In this document: piece by piece, positions 12,001-26,472 of the stretch
Layout of the letters: each line of letters opens with the position of its first letter
How positions within the stretch are numbered: position 1 is the stretch's first letter
Assembly (NCBI RefSeq): GCF_008831285.2
Contig: NC_045138.2
Span: 20,460,001-20,524,000, forward strand
Length of the DNA: 64,000 nucleotides
Direction of reading: 5' to 3'
Source: Nymphaea colorata
Lineage: Eukaryota
Notes under the pieces: model-generated
The model's input: only the letters and a program-made list of their open reading frames with translations
What the model was told of the DNA's origin: nothing
Database searches by the model: none
Program-made: the position numbers and the translations under genes

Positions 12001-15000
12001 GCCATAGCCCTATATTCCGACTCAGCACTAGAACGAGCCACAACATTCTGCTTCTTGCTCCTCCAGGAAATAAGATTACCGCCCACAAAGACACAAAAAC
12101 CGGTAGTAGACTTCCTGTCATCTACAGATCCAGCATAATCAGCATCACTATACGCCTCGATGTCAACACATTCTTCTTTCTTGAACCATAGCCCCTTTCC
12201 CGGAGCTGATTTCAAGTATCTTACAATCATTAGAGCTGCATCCCAGTGAACTTTTCGGGGTTTTTCCATGAATTGGCTCAACTTATTTACAGCAAAGCTA
12301 ATGTCGGGACGAGTGACAGTCAAATATAACAGTTTCCCTATCAGAGATCTGTAAGATCTAGAGTCAAACGGCTCTGAGTCATCATCATGTATATGAATGC
12401 GAGGATTCATGGGAAGTGTGGCAGGTTTAGCCCCCAATAGTCCTGTTTCCTGTAGAAGATCAAGAACATATTTCCTTTGAGACACTACAACTCCTTTATT
12501 ACCACGAGCCACCTCAATACCAAGAAAATAACGAAGTTGTCCAAGGTCTTTCGTAACAAAGTGTTGCTGTAAAAACTCCTTTGTTTGAGATATCTCTTGA
12601 TCATTTTCCCCTGTAAGAACAATATCATCCACGTAGACAATCAATATCACAAGTCCTGCTGAGCCTCGCTTGATAAACAATGAGTGATCAAGCTGGGATC
12701 GGCGAAATCCACACTTAGATAACACTTCAGTAAGCTTTTGGAACCATGCACGGGGACTCTGTTTGAGTCCATAAATAGCCTTCTTTAACTTGCATACCTT
12801 GGAACACTCCCCTTGTCGCTCAAAACCAGGTGGTTGCTGCATATAAACGATTTCAGAAAGGTCTCCATACAAAAAGGCATTTTTTACATCCAATTGAAAA
12901 AGAGGCCACTCTCGTTGGACAGCAAGAGAGATAATCAAGCGAATAGTGCCCAACCGGGCCACAGGCGAAAAGGTCTCAAAGAAGTCAACACCATAAGTCT
13001 GAGAATACACTTTTGCGACAAGACGGACCTTGAACCTTTCAACTGACCCATCAGAATGATACTTGATGGTGAATACCCATTGTGAGCCAACCACATCACA
13101 GCGTGTTGGGGGGTCTACCAAATCCCAAGTCTCCCGAGAAAGAAGAGCATCCATTTCCTCCTGCATAGCTTGTCGCCAACGTGGATCTAACAGGGCGTGA
13201 TGGTGCGAGGACGGGATAACATGACTAGATAGAGCTTGATCAAACTGTACTAAGCGTGTACTCAGATGAGCAGTAGAGACAGAATTAGATATAGGATGTA
13301 AGGTACACTGTCGCTTGCCCTTGCGAATAGCAATAGGGAGATCTGCTGTAGAATAATCATCACTTAATCCTGAGTCAGTCTTATCAGTAGAGCTTACCTC
13401 TTGAGACGATGCTGGTGGACGGTTGAGAGAGGGACCTAGACGACGAGTGTAAACCAACAGAGGCTCAAGAAAACGTTCATGTGACCTAGGTTGAGATGAT
13501 GGAAATGACTCAAGTGACACTGGTGGAATAGGAAGAGGTATAGGTGCATGCATCTCAGATGAAGAGGGACTTGACGGAGGGAAATAAGGACGAGACTCAA
13601 AGAAGGTAACATCCGTATTGATAATGTCTTTCTTGGTCAAGGGATCAAAGCATTTGTATCCCTTTTGATTGGGAATAATCAATAAAAATACATTTGATGG
13701 CTTGGGCAGCAAGTTTGCTTTTGTTCGGGCCTAGGATATGTGCAAAGCAAGTGCATCCAAAAACTTTGGGAGGTAAATGAAATAATGAACGCCCTAGATA
13801 TAGAATTTGAATTGGAATACGGTCTTGAATGGAGGAAGAGGGTAATCTATTAATGAGGTAACACACAGTAAGAATAGCATCACCCCAAAAATAGGCAGGC
13901 ATGTGAGAATGTAACATGAGGGTACGAGCTACGTTTAGGAGTTGCCGATGTTTGCGTTCGGCTACACCATTCTGTTGGGACGTATGTGGACAAGTATATT
14001 GAGGTCGAATTCCATGGTCGGCATAAAACTGAAGTAGAATGGAAGACTTGAATTCAAGAGCATTATCAGTGCGAATATTTTTGACAATGAGTCCAAACTG
14101 AGTTTTTATTTCCTTGATAAATTTTTGAAGAATACATATGACTTCAGATCTTTCCCTTAACAAGAAAACCCAACTGACTCTAGTAAAATCATCAACTAGA
14201 ACAAGATAATATCGAAAACATGATCGAAAAGGAACCCGACTAGGACCCCATACATCCACATGAATGAGATCAAAAGGACTCTGACTCGACGGACTCTGAC
14301 TCGAAGGAAAGCTGCTCCGTATATGCTTGCCCAACTGGCAGGCATCACATAAGAAGGACTCTGATGCAGGAATATCTGGAAACATGCGACGAAGTTTTGG
14401 TACTGAAGGATGACCCAGTCTGAGATGCCATTGGAAGGGAGAAGGCTTGGAAGGGACTGAAGATGCAGCAACATCAACTGGGATTGACAAAAAATAAAGG
14501 CCCTCACGCTCATGGCCGCCACCAATCATCTTCCCAGTTGGTAAGTCCTAAAAAGAACAAGAGTCAGATTCAAAAATGACTTTACATTGTAAGTCGATAG
14601 CTAGCTGTTTCACAGATATCAAATTAACAGGAAACTGAGGAGCATATAGTACATGTGTAAGAGTGCCTAAACGTGGAAGGTAAATATCACCGCTACCCAA
14701 AACAGGAGACAACTTGCCATCAGCCAGCTTAACATGCTGTGGTGTAGAAAATCTGACAAATGATGAAAATTTTTGTGGTTGATTACAACAATGTCTAGAA
14801 GCGCCCGAGTCTATCATCCATGTCATACCTGGATCAGCAGTAGGAGCACCAACAGAGAATGCTGAATCTACAACAGCGGCATTGGTAGATGTAGAGGCAG
14901 ACCTCTGAGCAAGAACACGATCATATTCATCCTTACTTAGGTTAAGGGAATATAACATAGATATAGAAGGATCAGTAGAAGACTCAACCACAGATATTGT

Positions 15001-18000
15001 TGCCTTTGAATGAGTTGCTTGGGATGAAGAAGGACCTCTGCTTGTGGTGATTCTACCTCCACCACGTCCAGATGAAACATTAGACCTGAGGTGAGGATGT
15101 TTGTCCCAACAACGATCCTCTAGAATCTAGATGACCAATTTTGCCACAATAAGAGCACTGAAATCTGCCACGTCCAGCACCACGGCCTGTACCACGTCCC
15201 CTAGTGCCTCCAAAAGAACTAGGGCCCCGTCCTCCTGATATCACAAGTGCAGAGACTGGTGTGTCATGCGTAGTCTGAGAAAGAGTGGCTGCAAAACGAC
15301 TCAGCCTATTATACGTGTCTGCTAAATCTGGAAGTTCACTGCCTGTTAGAATTTGAGACTTTGCCACAGAGTATTCTGAAGATAGGCCAGATAAAAACTT
15401 CGCCACCATACCAGTCTCAACGTGTGATGCATAACAATGCTGGCAAGGTGGACGAAGAGCCTTTAACCGTTCATATGCAGCAGTCAAAGTAGCAAAATAT
15501 TGGGATAGGTCCTGATCCCCTTGTCGAATGTTACATAACTCCTCTTCTAGTTGTAGGATTTTGATTACATTAGTGGCATGCGAGTATGTCTTTCTCAAGA
15601 AAGACCACATATCCTTGGCCTTGGTATAATATGCAATAGTTGGGGCTATATGAGACTCCACACTATTCATAATCCAAGACATAACAATATAATTATCTTC
15701 ATCCCACGCAGCATATATTCCTTTTTTCTCAATAGGTTCATCCTCCTCAAGAATATATTTCTTCCTATGACCAGCCACCGACATTATGAATACCCTAGAC
15801 CATATTTCATAATTTGAGCCATTAAGTTTCATCGTGGTTCCATAAGAGAATGAATTCCCAACCATCTTGTAGTCAGTAGACCCTTCAGATTTACTGTTTT
15901 CAGCCATAGTAAATAAAGAAGACCAGATTGACGCAAACGTTTAAAGAAAGAGGGCTAGGAAATTACTGTCACTTTAGATCTGGTTCAGCCGATGACAAAA
16001 AAATAAACAAGAATGAACTCCCAACGACTGAAGACTGCTGCTCCCAACGACTGAAGACTGCTGCCACTTATAACAGCAGCTAGTTCTCATAAAACTTCCT
16101 GTCCACGTGTCAAAGAAATCCACAAAATCAAACAAAAAACTTGTACTAAGGATCAGCAGCAGTCCTCACTCCTCACGCAGCCTTACTTTACTGAACTTGT
16201 ATCCACGATCTATAGAAAAATTCTGATCATATTCAAAAAACTGAATTTATAAGCAGCATATAGACTCCACAAAGCATCCACAACACCTCACGCAGCCTGA
16301 CTTTCCCGAAATTGTATTTACGATCATCACAAACCACAGCGTCACACTACATCCACAATAGTCTGCTTCATACGACCAATATGAGGATCTGATTACGCCT
16401 TCCACATAGGCGTGATCAGGTCCTCCTTCACACGGAACGCCCAACCCCTATTCCCTCACTGTCTCCTTATTGGGTGATAAGAGGGAATAAGGAGTAGCGA
16501 TGACAAGAGAGAGGACGAAAAAGAAAGGAACTCACTTGGCTGTTCGCCAGAAAGATTGTCGCCGAAGAAGATGGTCGCCGGAGAAGGTCACCGGAAAGCG
16601 CACCCTGCCGTCGACGCCCACACCCGCTCTGATACCATGTTGCGAGAGAGAGAGAGAGGCAGCAAAAAGTTGAAAGTTCATTACGTGACCCTAATCTCTA
16701 TTAAGAGATTAGGGTTAGGGAAAATTACAAGAGAAGTCCACTAAAAATAACAAAACATTTAAAGAGATCCTCCCTAACTTCCTAATATTTCAGAAAACCC
16801 CTTTTTGTATCTTTAACATGTGTCTTGTAGCATGTGCTGATCATATTATTTCCTCTTTTCCCCATAAGCCATGGTATTCAAACTCTATGTTGGTTATGCT
16901 TCCTCTACTGGAAGAAATAGAATGCAACTGGAGGACATGCATTAACTAGTTCTTAACCAAATAACGTTATAATTGACTTCAAAACTTTTTGGTACTGAAA
17001 TTTTTGTAGATAGAAAATGAATATGGATACTATGAACCATCTTATGGAGAAGGAGGGAAGAAATATGCAATGTGGGCTGCAAATATGGCTGTTTCTCAAA
17101 ACACAGGTGTGCCTTGGATTATGTGTCAACAATTCGATGCTCCTGATACTGTGGTGAGTTCTTTCGATTGGTGAACAAATATGTTGAAGGTATCTTGCAG
17201 ATAGTATTAATTTTTCCTTAATGTTTGTCATTTATGACTTTTAATTGATGCAAATTTGATATTGAAGCAGCTTTGTTGACAAGGTATGTTGTTGCCTTAA
17301 GTATATAAATGTTATACATTTTTATAATTTTGCTCATGAAATTAGGCCAAGTACTTTGCCACCTGATTTTATGCAGATGCAGGCCTTGGATTTTCTGGTT
17401 TATTTACCTAGTACCATGTTGCATTATTGCATATATGCATCCGAGGCCGCTATTGCACTTCAAAATATCAATTTGCAGTTACAGTATAAGTTGTACACGA
17501 AAATGCTTGAACATTGACAACTCGAAAAGGAACTATTTGAAAGCGCTGCAACAAGGACTCTCCTAGTTATGCATTTATATTGTCATCATTTCTTACTTCT
17601 GGATGTGATGTATGTTTGAATATAAATGTCTTGACATCCAATAGATCTTGACCAACTTCTTGCCTAATACCACATTCTGTGAAATAGACTTTCCATTGTG
17701 TCCTAGTTGTTGAGGCTCCCTATTGATCAGAAGATTCAGAACAAACATGGTTCATTGAGCCACTTTGCACTTTGTTTAAGGCAACAGAAACTTGTTACAC
17801 TTTAATAATTTGTTAACTGTTATAAGAACAACTTGTTTATCTTTATCCTGAGATGATGACCATTTTGTTGATTCCTGCGAAACAAGATATCCATCTTTGC
17901 CAAACAATGTTCTGTACTGGAAAAGGATCAATGAGTCTGAAGGAAGTGGAAAAACGTCACTTGCTTATACATGCAGCACACACAATTATACTTACAGTAT

Positions 18001-20209
18001 TACAACATTAAACGTTCAAACGAGAATGCAAATGCATATAAGTTGGAAAGCAAATGGGATACCTTGTTTTTCAAGGCTTTTCTGCAGTAGAATGTTCTTG
18101 CAAGTGAATTGAGTAAATCAGGTGATGAGTTATCTATGTACTTAAATGCTTCAATGGCATGCATATACAACTACATCACCTGAAAAAGACAGTTGAAGAG
18201 ATGACCTGGAAAGGTGACTATTTATCTAAGTAGGAAGGACGAGAAGTAAGATCAAAGTCTAATCCGCATTACCTAGAATTATGTATTGCCCTCAGTAGCA
18301 AGTCCTGAACTTGTTGACCATCAGAAACCTAATTAATTTTCCATACCAAAAACATATACATGCACAAGTGCACAAGAATGTCAATACGAAAAATAACTTC
18401 TATATGGAGCTGCAGGCAGAGAAGATGGACCATGTTTGAACATACTAAAAGTATAGAGATAAACTAGTCCATAAATAAGGCCACAAAAGAGGCAGGGAAT
18501 TCAAGGTTGTCAGGGTACTTGCAATTTTTGATAAAATTGACTATAAAATATTGTTTATATTTAAAATCACAAACCCTGAAATTATATAAAAAAAAGAGTT
18601 GAATGTTAGATGAACTGCAAACTCCATTCTTCAAGGACAAGTGCTGCTAGCAGCAGTGCCAAAAAGCATTTGCCATGAACAGAGCTGGTGGAGATGAGTG
18701 TCCAGTTAATGTAGGTTTTTGGTAGAAGATAAATCTGGTAATGCATGATTTGGATCACATACATGTGAACCAATAGGAAGTAGGAACAAGAAGTTTAAAT
18801 CCAAACGTGGGAGTGTGAAAATTCTCTTGAAGAGCAAATTTGGATTGCATGATGATGTCACTTGCAGCTTAGTTTGCTCATTTTGACCAGTGCCAAAAGC
18901 ACTGTACTTGAGAGCTCATGGAAAATTAAGCCTGTATTCAATGCAACAGATGTTGATTTACCTTTTTTCTTGTTTAATGACCTTTTCATTCAGTTTAAGT
19001 TAATAAGAAATTTGCTCTTGACTGGATCAAAATTCAATTTTCAACTTCGGCATAGTGTTCAATTTAATTTTAAATAATTCTTAGTGTTTATGGTCAGTGG
19101 TCGAGGATGTCATTAGTTCCTAGATCAACAAGTTTGAGTACTCCATTGACCCTGATGGGAGCAGCGAGCTCTAGGACCTTCAAGTTGAAGGTCAAGAGTT
19201 CGATACTCTGGTGGGTCTTTTGGAATAAATTGGTAAGTGTCTGTTAATCAGCAACTTGCCAGTGACAAGGAAAAACAGGTGCACACTTGGGCTGCCTTCT
19301 GCCCAACTACAGCCCAAGTCATTGTCTTGTTAGACATCCAACCACCAAATTAACTTAACATACATACTCATATTACATGTATAAGAACATCAGGATTTTC
19401 CTGGTAAACAATTTGTGTCTGATGCAAGTCCAGCATCAAACTGAAGTTTGTGCTGTATGCAGAGTCATCAGCACTTTCAGTTTTTAACTGATGAAGAAAA
19501 TAAAAAAAGCGAGTCCACACAGGCTTCATTATATGAAATATTTCACTAATATCGTTGAACAATCGATATTCATAAAAGAATTACTTGCTTAGAATAGTTT
19601 GTTAGTGTTGACAAACATGAATAAGCAAGTAACCAATCGACCATTGGAAAAATTTTAACTTAGTGTGTGTGCTCATGATCATGGGGAGTAAGGTTCACTT
19701 TCATGGTACTTGAAAGACAACATATCTTATTTTGGACTGAAACCTTAAACATAACCTAATCTGATTTTGGACAACAAATTCTGTCTTTAAACACTGAAAG
19801 GTTCTCTATACGTGCTAGAGAACACATCCTATGCATATCAAGGTGTTTCTATTATCTTCTGGTGGATATTGAGCAGTTTTTCTCTTTTTTCTTTTATTTT
19901 ACCTTTCTCTTTTGCTCTTGATGTTTTTTAGCATTAAGGTTTGCTAATGCAGTCTCATGTGTTGTTTGGAACTATATTTGCAAATTTAAAAGGGCAGACA
20001 TAAAAAATACCTTGGATTCTATTACTTTTGTAAAAGTACAATGAGAAAGTATTAAGAATCCCTTTATTTAAAAGTCCAACTGTTTAAAATATTTTGCTTT
20101 GTTTGTAGTAAACCTTTCTATACTTTGTGTTGGTAATACATGATTTGAATTGAACTCGTTAGAGACGACAAAAGATTGGTATAATTCATTGTCATCCACC
20201 AATTCTTTT

Positions 20210-20259
<50 letters not shown>

Positions 20260-23200
20260 ACAGACACAAACTCACATGCATGTATGTACCTGTACATTGT
20301 TTCTGAATATTGGATTTTATTTCTTCATATGACTTCTGAGGAAATTTCAAGAAAGTATCATGATAAATTCGATCTATGAATATGACTTTAAAAAAGTGAA
20401 CTTGTATTTATAATTTTTCTCCTTGTTTCATGGTGTTTGTTTTAGTACTTAACCTCTCAATACAGATGTTTGCTTAAACTTTCAGTCAAAATTTTCATTT
20501 TATGTCTGTCATATTTGTCTCCTAAATGGTTATTTGACTCTGGCCCATGCTTTACTTGTAAGTTGTAACAAGTTAGTTTTCTAAAATTTTATTTGGTAAA
20601 TGAACATGTAGCAGATTTTACTTAATCTAAGAAGTGCCTTTAAAAGAATTACTTTTTGCAGGATACTTTTTCATGAATATATCACCTTCGTGGTCAAATT
20701 TTTTGTCTTCCCAGAGCATTCAACTTTTTGTGGTTATTTCATCTCATAGAGTTCCACTTGTCATTGCAGATCAACACGTGCAATTCATTTTATTGTGATC
20801 AATTCACACCAATCTACAAAGACAAGCCAAAAATTTGGACAGAAAACTGGCCTGGATGGTATGTTCGACATATATGGGGAAAAAAGGTTGCCTTTCCCAG
20901 CAAAGTATTTTTTATCTTTCATTAGAATCTTATCTAATTTTGATGCAGAACCATGTTTTGCACACTTAATGCATATTTGCTTATGTTATCTGTGTAAGGA
21001 GTATGTTCTTGTGTGTCCATGCATATGCCTTGCTCTCTGGTTAGCTAAAGTTAACAACATGTCTTGTTGCAAAGACAGATATCCTTTCTTTGAATTTTCA
21101 ATCCTAGGTGCTAAAAATATGTCACATCTTCTCAGAACCTTTATTTTAAGCAACTGCCCAGAGTTTTTGCTTTGCACTATGTTATAGGGATTACGGCAAT
21201 TTTTGTTCTAGAAACCTTGTACTTGCGTGCATATCTGCATTTAAATGAACTTATGGTAGTTCACCTGCCATTAAGACATGTTTATTTCTATTTCCCACAA
21301 GTTGGAACCTCACATCCCAATGACAAAGATGGTGGGAACACAGTTCATCAAATATTGGTCTGCTTTGATCTATAGAAAAGGCAGTACATACTTTGATGTT
21401 GAAACTGATGCAAAAAAACTGTGCCCTATGATCCACAGTGATTCTTATCCATCTATTTTTTTCAGGTTTAAGACATTTGGCTCTCGAGATCCTCATAGAC
21501 CACCTGAAGATGTTGCATATTCTGTTGCACGCTTTTTCCAGAACGGAGGAGCCCTTCAAAATTATTATATGGTAGTAAAAGTGACTCTGCGACTGATTCC
21601 AATTTTATTGCTTTGCTCTTGCACCTCATCAGATCTTGAAGGTCATCTCTTCAATACTGTCCCCTTATATTTATCCCACCCACTACATTGTGATTTGGTT
21701 TCAGTATCATGGTGGAACAAATTTTGGTCGCACTTCTGGAGGACCATTCATCACCACAAGTTATGATTATGATGCTCCAATTGATGAATATGGTACGGAA
21801 ACATGCTAGGTCTTCTTATCTCATGGATCCTCAACTGATTGGATATGTTTGAGATTAAGGATATTTGCCTTCTCTATTGTGTAAGAATTTCACATTCAGT
21901 TTTTCCATCAAAAGTTTAAAATCATTGTGCAGGTCTCGCAAGACAGCCAAAATGGGGACATCTAAAGGACCTGCATGAGGCAATTAAGTTATGTGAACAT
22001 GCAATACTCAATGGTGTGCTAACAAATATTTCATTAGGTCCTTTACAGGAGGTAAGTTGCCAATGACACATGCACTTTTGATTATTGTTTAAGGTGTTTG
22101 CTTTAGAATAATATGGACTCTGGTTATAGAATAAGATTCTTTTAAAAGATTGGTTGGTCGTAGATTCACTTGAAAATGTCATGTGCTAAGGATGCTGGAG
22201 AATACATTTCATGAGTCTCACATCTTTGCCATATCCTAGGTGACCAGGTGCGCCACTTGTCTCCCAGATAGATGTTAAGTATAGGGATTAGTAGCATTTC
22301 TCTTTAATATAGCCGTTTTCTCTTCTCAAGGAACCATAATATCTGACAATGCCTATTTTCTCCCTTCTGTTATGGTTGAAGCCTTGGCTGGACATACTGG
22401 AGATGCCACGCTAGAACATTCTGAAACCTAGGCTACCTTATGCCTGACCATTGGCCATAACTAGGTTAGACATGAAAAAACTGAAGGATAGGTGATATTA
22501 AATTTGTAGCATGAACTTTACCATAGAACGTTGTAAGTTTGTATCTGTCTTATTTAATGTCCCACTAAGAAAAACTGGGAGCCAGTTTCTCTAGCTTCCA
22601 GAATGTTATATGTTATCTGTCTTTCTGAGAATAGCATCTTATCCACTATCATGGCTGGTGGCTGGTGGATGATCAATTCACAATTGTATAATTTGTTTTC
22701 TTGTATCATTCTTGCTACCTAATGCCTACTGATCATTTACTTCTGCTTTCTGGCTGTTATCTTAGTCAAAAAATTTATTCATTTGTGTCTCTACGTGCTT
22801 ATTATGAATATGCTGGACCTTATTTGTCTTGGAAATGCGTGTTTTTATTTGTTGACATTCACCATAGTCTGTTATGGCCTTGATTGGTTATCATTGTCAA
22901 ACATAGTTCACTAGTTGCCATTTAACTGCAGTGTTTAATCTGATGCAGGCTCATATTTATGAAGATGAAACTGGAAAATGTTCTGCTTTCATTGCTAACA
23001 TGGATGATCAAAGTGAAAAAGCTGTTAGCTTTCGAAACCTTTCGTATGTTTTGCCAGCATGGTCTGTCAGCATCCTGCCAGATTGCAGAAATGTTGTCTT
23101 CAACACTGCTAAGGTGCACCAATTTCATCTTTTAATTGCCAACTGCTATATGTATCTCAAATCAATGTATTTACTTACGGAAATAGGTGATCTGTTAGAA

Positions 23201-24993
23201 TTTGATACTTATGTTTGAGCAGAAGTTCATATTTTTACCATCATTCTTTCCAGAAAATAGTTTTTGTGCTGTGATCAAAGATAGACTTTTTGGGATATAG
23301 TCCCTCGTACATGACAATCTCTGGAATGGTAGTACAATTCAAAGTCATGAATGTGATGCCATCAGTAGACCAAATGGACGTGCTTCTCCTGAATGGGATC
23401 TAAAACATCGTATCAGAAATTCCCATATTTTCTTGCCAGTGGTGCTGCCTATAATGTTGACTCAGTATGCAATGGTTGTATGATGGCTTCTTCATGTGCC
23501 AGACCTTTTTTGTTGCATCATCATTTTTCAGTGATGCAAGCAAACATATAAGAACACAAATTTTCTGAAGATTTTTAAAGAAGAATAAATTATTCAATGT
23601 AACAGATAGCAAGTCAAGCTTATATAGAACTACTGAATCTCCAGACTCTGAGCTTTTTTGCAACGAAATACAAAACTACTGTAAAACCTGGTCCAGTATG
23701 TACCAATAAAATTGATTGAAAGATTGATATGGGCCTCCTCTGAGTTGGTCAAAAGGAAGCTGCAAAATATGTTCCCAAGGGGGGAAAATGTGCAATGAAA
23801 CTGTCCTCTATATCATTTAAGGGGTGCTTGATGAACAAGAAAAATGTTTCAAGGCATACTTCGTTGGAGACATTTGTCTCAGAAATACACCTACGCCTAA
23901 AACGCTGAGAAAATTTTCTTGAACGATTTTTCTTCTTTTCTATGAGGTTGGTATGGTTTTTCCATTTCTTTTTTGTCCCCTTAAAAACATTCTTTTTTTT
24001 CTTGAAAAATTTCAACCACCTTACACTTGAATTTTTTTTTTCCTTTTCACCCCAACAAACCTTCCCTTAGAAAAATCTGGGAAGGTTCAAACTGTGCCCA
24101 TATTTCTTGTTTCTTGTTATTAGTGTGTTGACATTAACCAGGTAGGTCATGCTTTAAAGATCATATATTCATTTATGCTCCTTCAATATTTCTCTTGCAT
24201 ATCTCATCTCATGTTTTTTCTTTTGAAACTTTTACAGGTTACCTCTCAAACTTCTATCGTAGAAATGATTCCAACGAAGCTTATGCCAACTGTATCTTCA
24301 CCTGAAAGAAACATAAGCAGCATTCAGTGGGAAGTTTTTGAAGAGACACCTGGAATATGGGGGAAAGCTGACTTTGTCACGAAAGGCCTTGTTGATCACA
24401 TAAATACCACAAAAGATTCTACAGATTACCTATGGTACTCAACAAGGTGAATGTTTCTTTTGACAAATTATAACTTGTTTCCTTTTTGAATGTCCAGTAA
24501 CTATTTCCTGAATCACGTGGAAAGCACAAAATGCTAAAAAAGCGCCAAATTCTGTATATGCCAATGCTGGAACACAAAGTGCTTAAAAAATGAGAAGCAT
24601 ATGTCAGTGCTGGTCTCCTTTTATGTTCAGATGTTTAGGATGTGCATGATCTCTCAAACAGAATCTCCTAATTCAAAGCTACACCAACAGAATCGCAACC
24701 ATGCTGAAACCTTGACCGTCTTCCAATCGAAGGTTTTATGTCCAATGCGCTGACCAGGCAGGAGATTTTGCTGGCATTCACGTTTTTGTCTGTTAAAAAT
24801 TATTATGTGAACACAAAACTAATTTTGTTTCACGTATTATGTATATACATGTACACAGATTTAGGTGTACCTATATCTTTTTGTATACAATAAAATTTTT
24901 TGTATATATATCTTCTTTAGTCCCTATGTGTGGTTGCAGTTTTATTTTTGCACGAAGTGACAAAGTGCCAATCATTGGCTAGCCGATCTTTTG

Positions 24994-25031
<38 letters not shown>

Positions 25032-26384
25032 TATCCTCTTTTATCAGCGTGTTTTTCTAGTTATATTATTTCCTAAGCAGTATGACATTTTTTTTAATGT
25101 TTGGGAATGCTTTCGAGCTCTATCATGAGCATTGTGATTGTACCTTTGAAAGTCATAAATGTGTATGTTAGTTTTTGAACCATGCTTTATATTTTTTTTT
25201 ATTTTTTGAATCCTTTGGTCTTGATAAGATTTCTTCACATTGTAATTGTTTTATTTCTATTCATTATTTGTGCAAGGTTAGACTTGTGCATCTACCATGA
25301 GCCTAATGGATAGGTTGTTGAGGGAAAAAACGAAAAAGTCATTCCATATCCCTCTTTTTCCAACTGCACCTTGATCTGTTTGCAGCACTATGCTATTTCA
25401 AATATATGGCTGCAAGCATCTATGGTAGCTATGACTGTGTTTTTCATGTATTTGTTTTATCATTCTCTCGTGTGTTCTTTTTCCTGTCAACCTACATGTT
25501 CATTCCTAACTGCCATCTTCTGTTTATCCATCGGTACATCAGTTCATGTCCCTTCTTCATCTGAAAGGTACAGAGGCAGTGGTTATTTTTGCCCATAGGC
25601 AAAAACAAGGTGTATCTGGAAAATTCCTTTTTTCAATGCTCAGAAGTTATGACTTATGACAACGATGACTTAAGTAATACGTCCTCATTTTGTTTTACAT
25701 TGCATCATTTCTGTTAAGTCCCTTTAACCAAATTTTACATTTCATTCCTTGGAATTCATCTTCTGGTGTTGGTTTCATCTATCTGTTGAAATAGAAGTTC
25801 TTTATTTGCAATCATAGAAAAAACAAAAAATTAAGAAAAGGAACTGATATATGCTGAAAAGAATCCAAATCACATACTTACCTTTTGCATCTTATGATCT
25901 TGCAGTGTATTTGTAAGTCGTGATGAAGAATTTCTGCAGACAGGAAATCAGCCAATCCTCATTGCTGATTCAAAGGGACATGCTACACATGTTTTTGTCA
26001 ATGGACAATACATTGGTAAAATTTCTGCTTTATTTCACTTTTTTTCCCTACTACAGATCATTCTTGCTGTGCTTTGACAGAATAATGTCGTCCAGTTTTA
26101 TAGAAGCAGACTGTCAATCTGATTTTCAAGCAATGTTTTCATTATGTTAATGAATTACATCCTCTGATTCCTAACAGGCTTATATTCTGAATCTGGAAAG
26201 TTTTATTTTGTGAACTATGTCAGTATGTCCGCCTATCTGATAGGAACAATTTTAGCATATTTTGAGGTTCATGGCTGTGAATGTCAACACAAACTATTTC
26301 ATTTATACTTCTGAATATGTTTGGCCCAAAATCTCTCAGCGTATGTCTGAATATGTTTGGCCCAAAATCTCTCAGCGTATGTCA

Positions 26385-26472
<88 letters not shown>

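Larger units (their letters stand above)
11494..16818 (-). mobile_element. Full-length Ty1/copia LTR retrotransposon (short LTRs, Ale-like), antisense in BGAL intron 5
   Basis: Two 181-bp TG...CA LTRs (11494-11674, 16638-16818), 5-bp TSD TGTGT (11489-11493 and 16819-16823), PBS TGGTATCAGAGC (16637-16626), PPT TGAGGGGGAG next to the 3' LTR, domain order gag-PR-IN-RT-RH. Confidence 0.97.
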
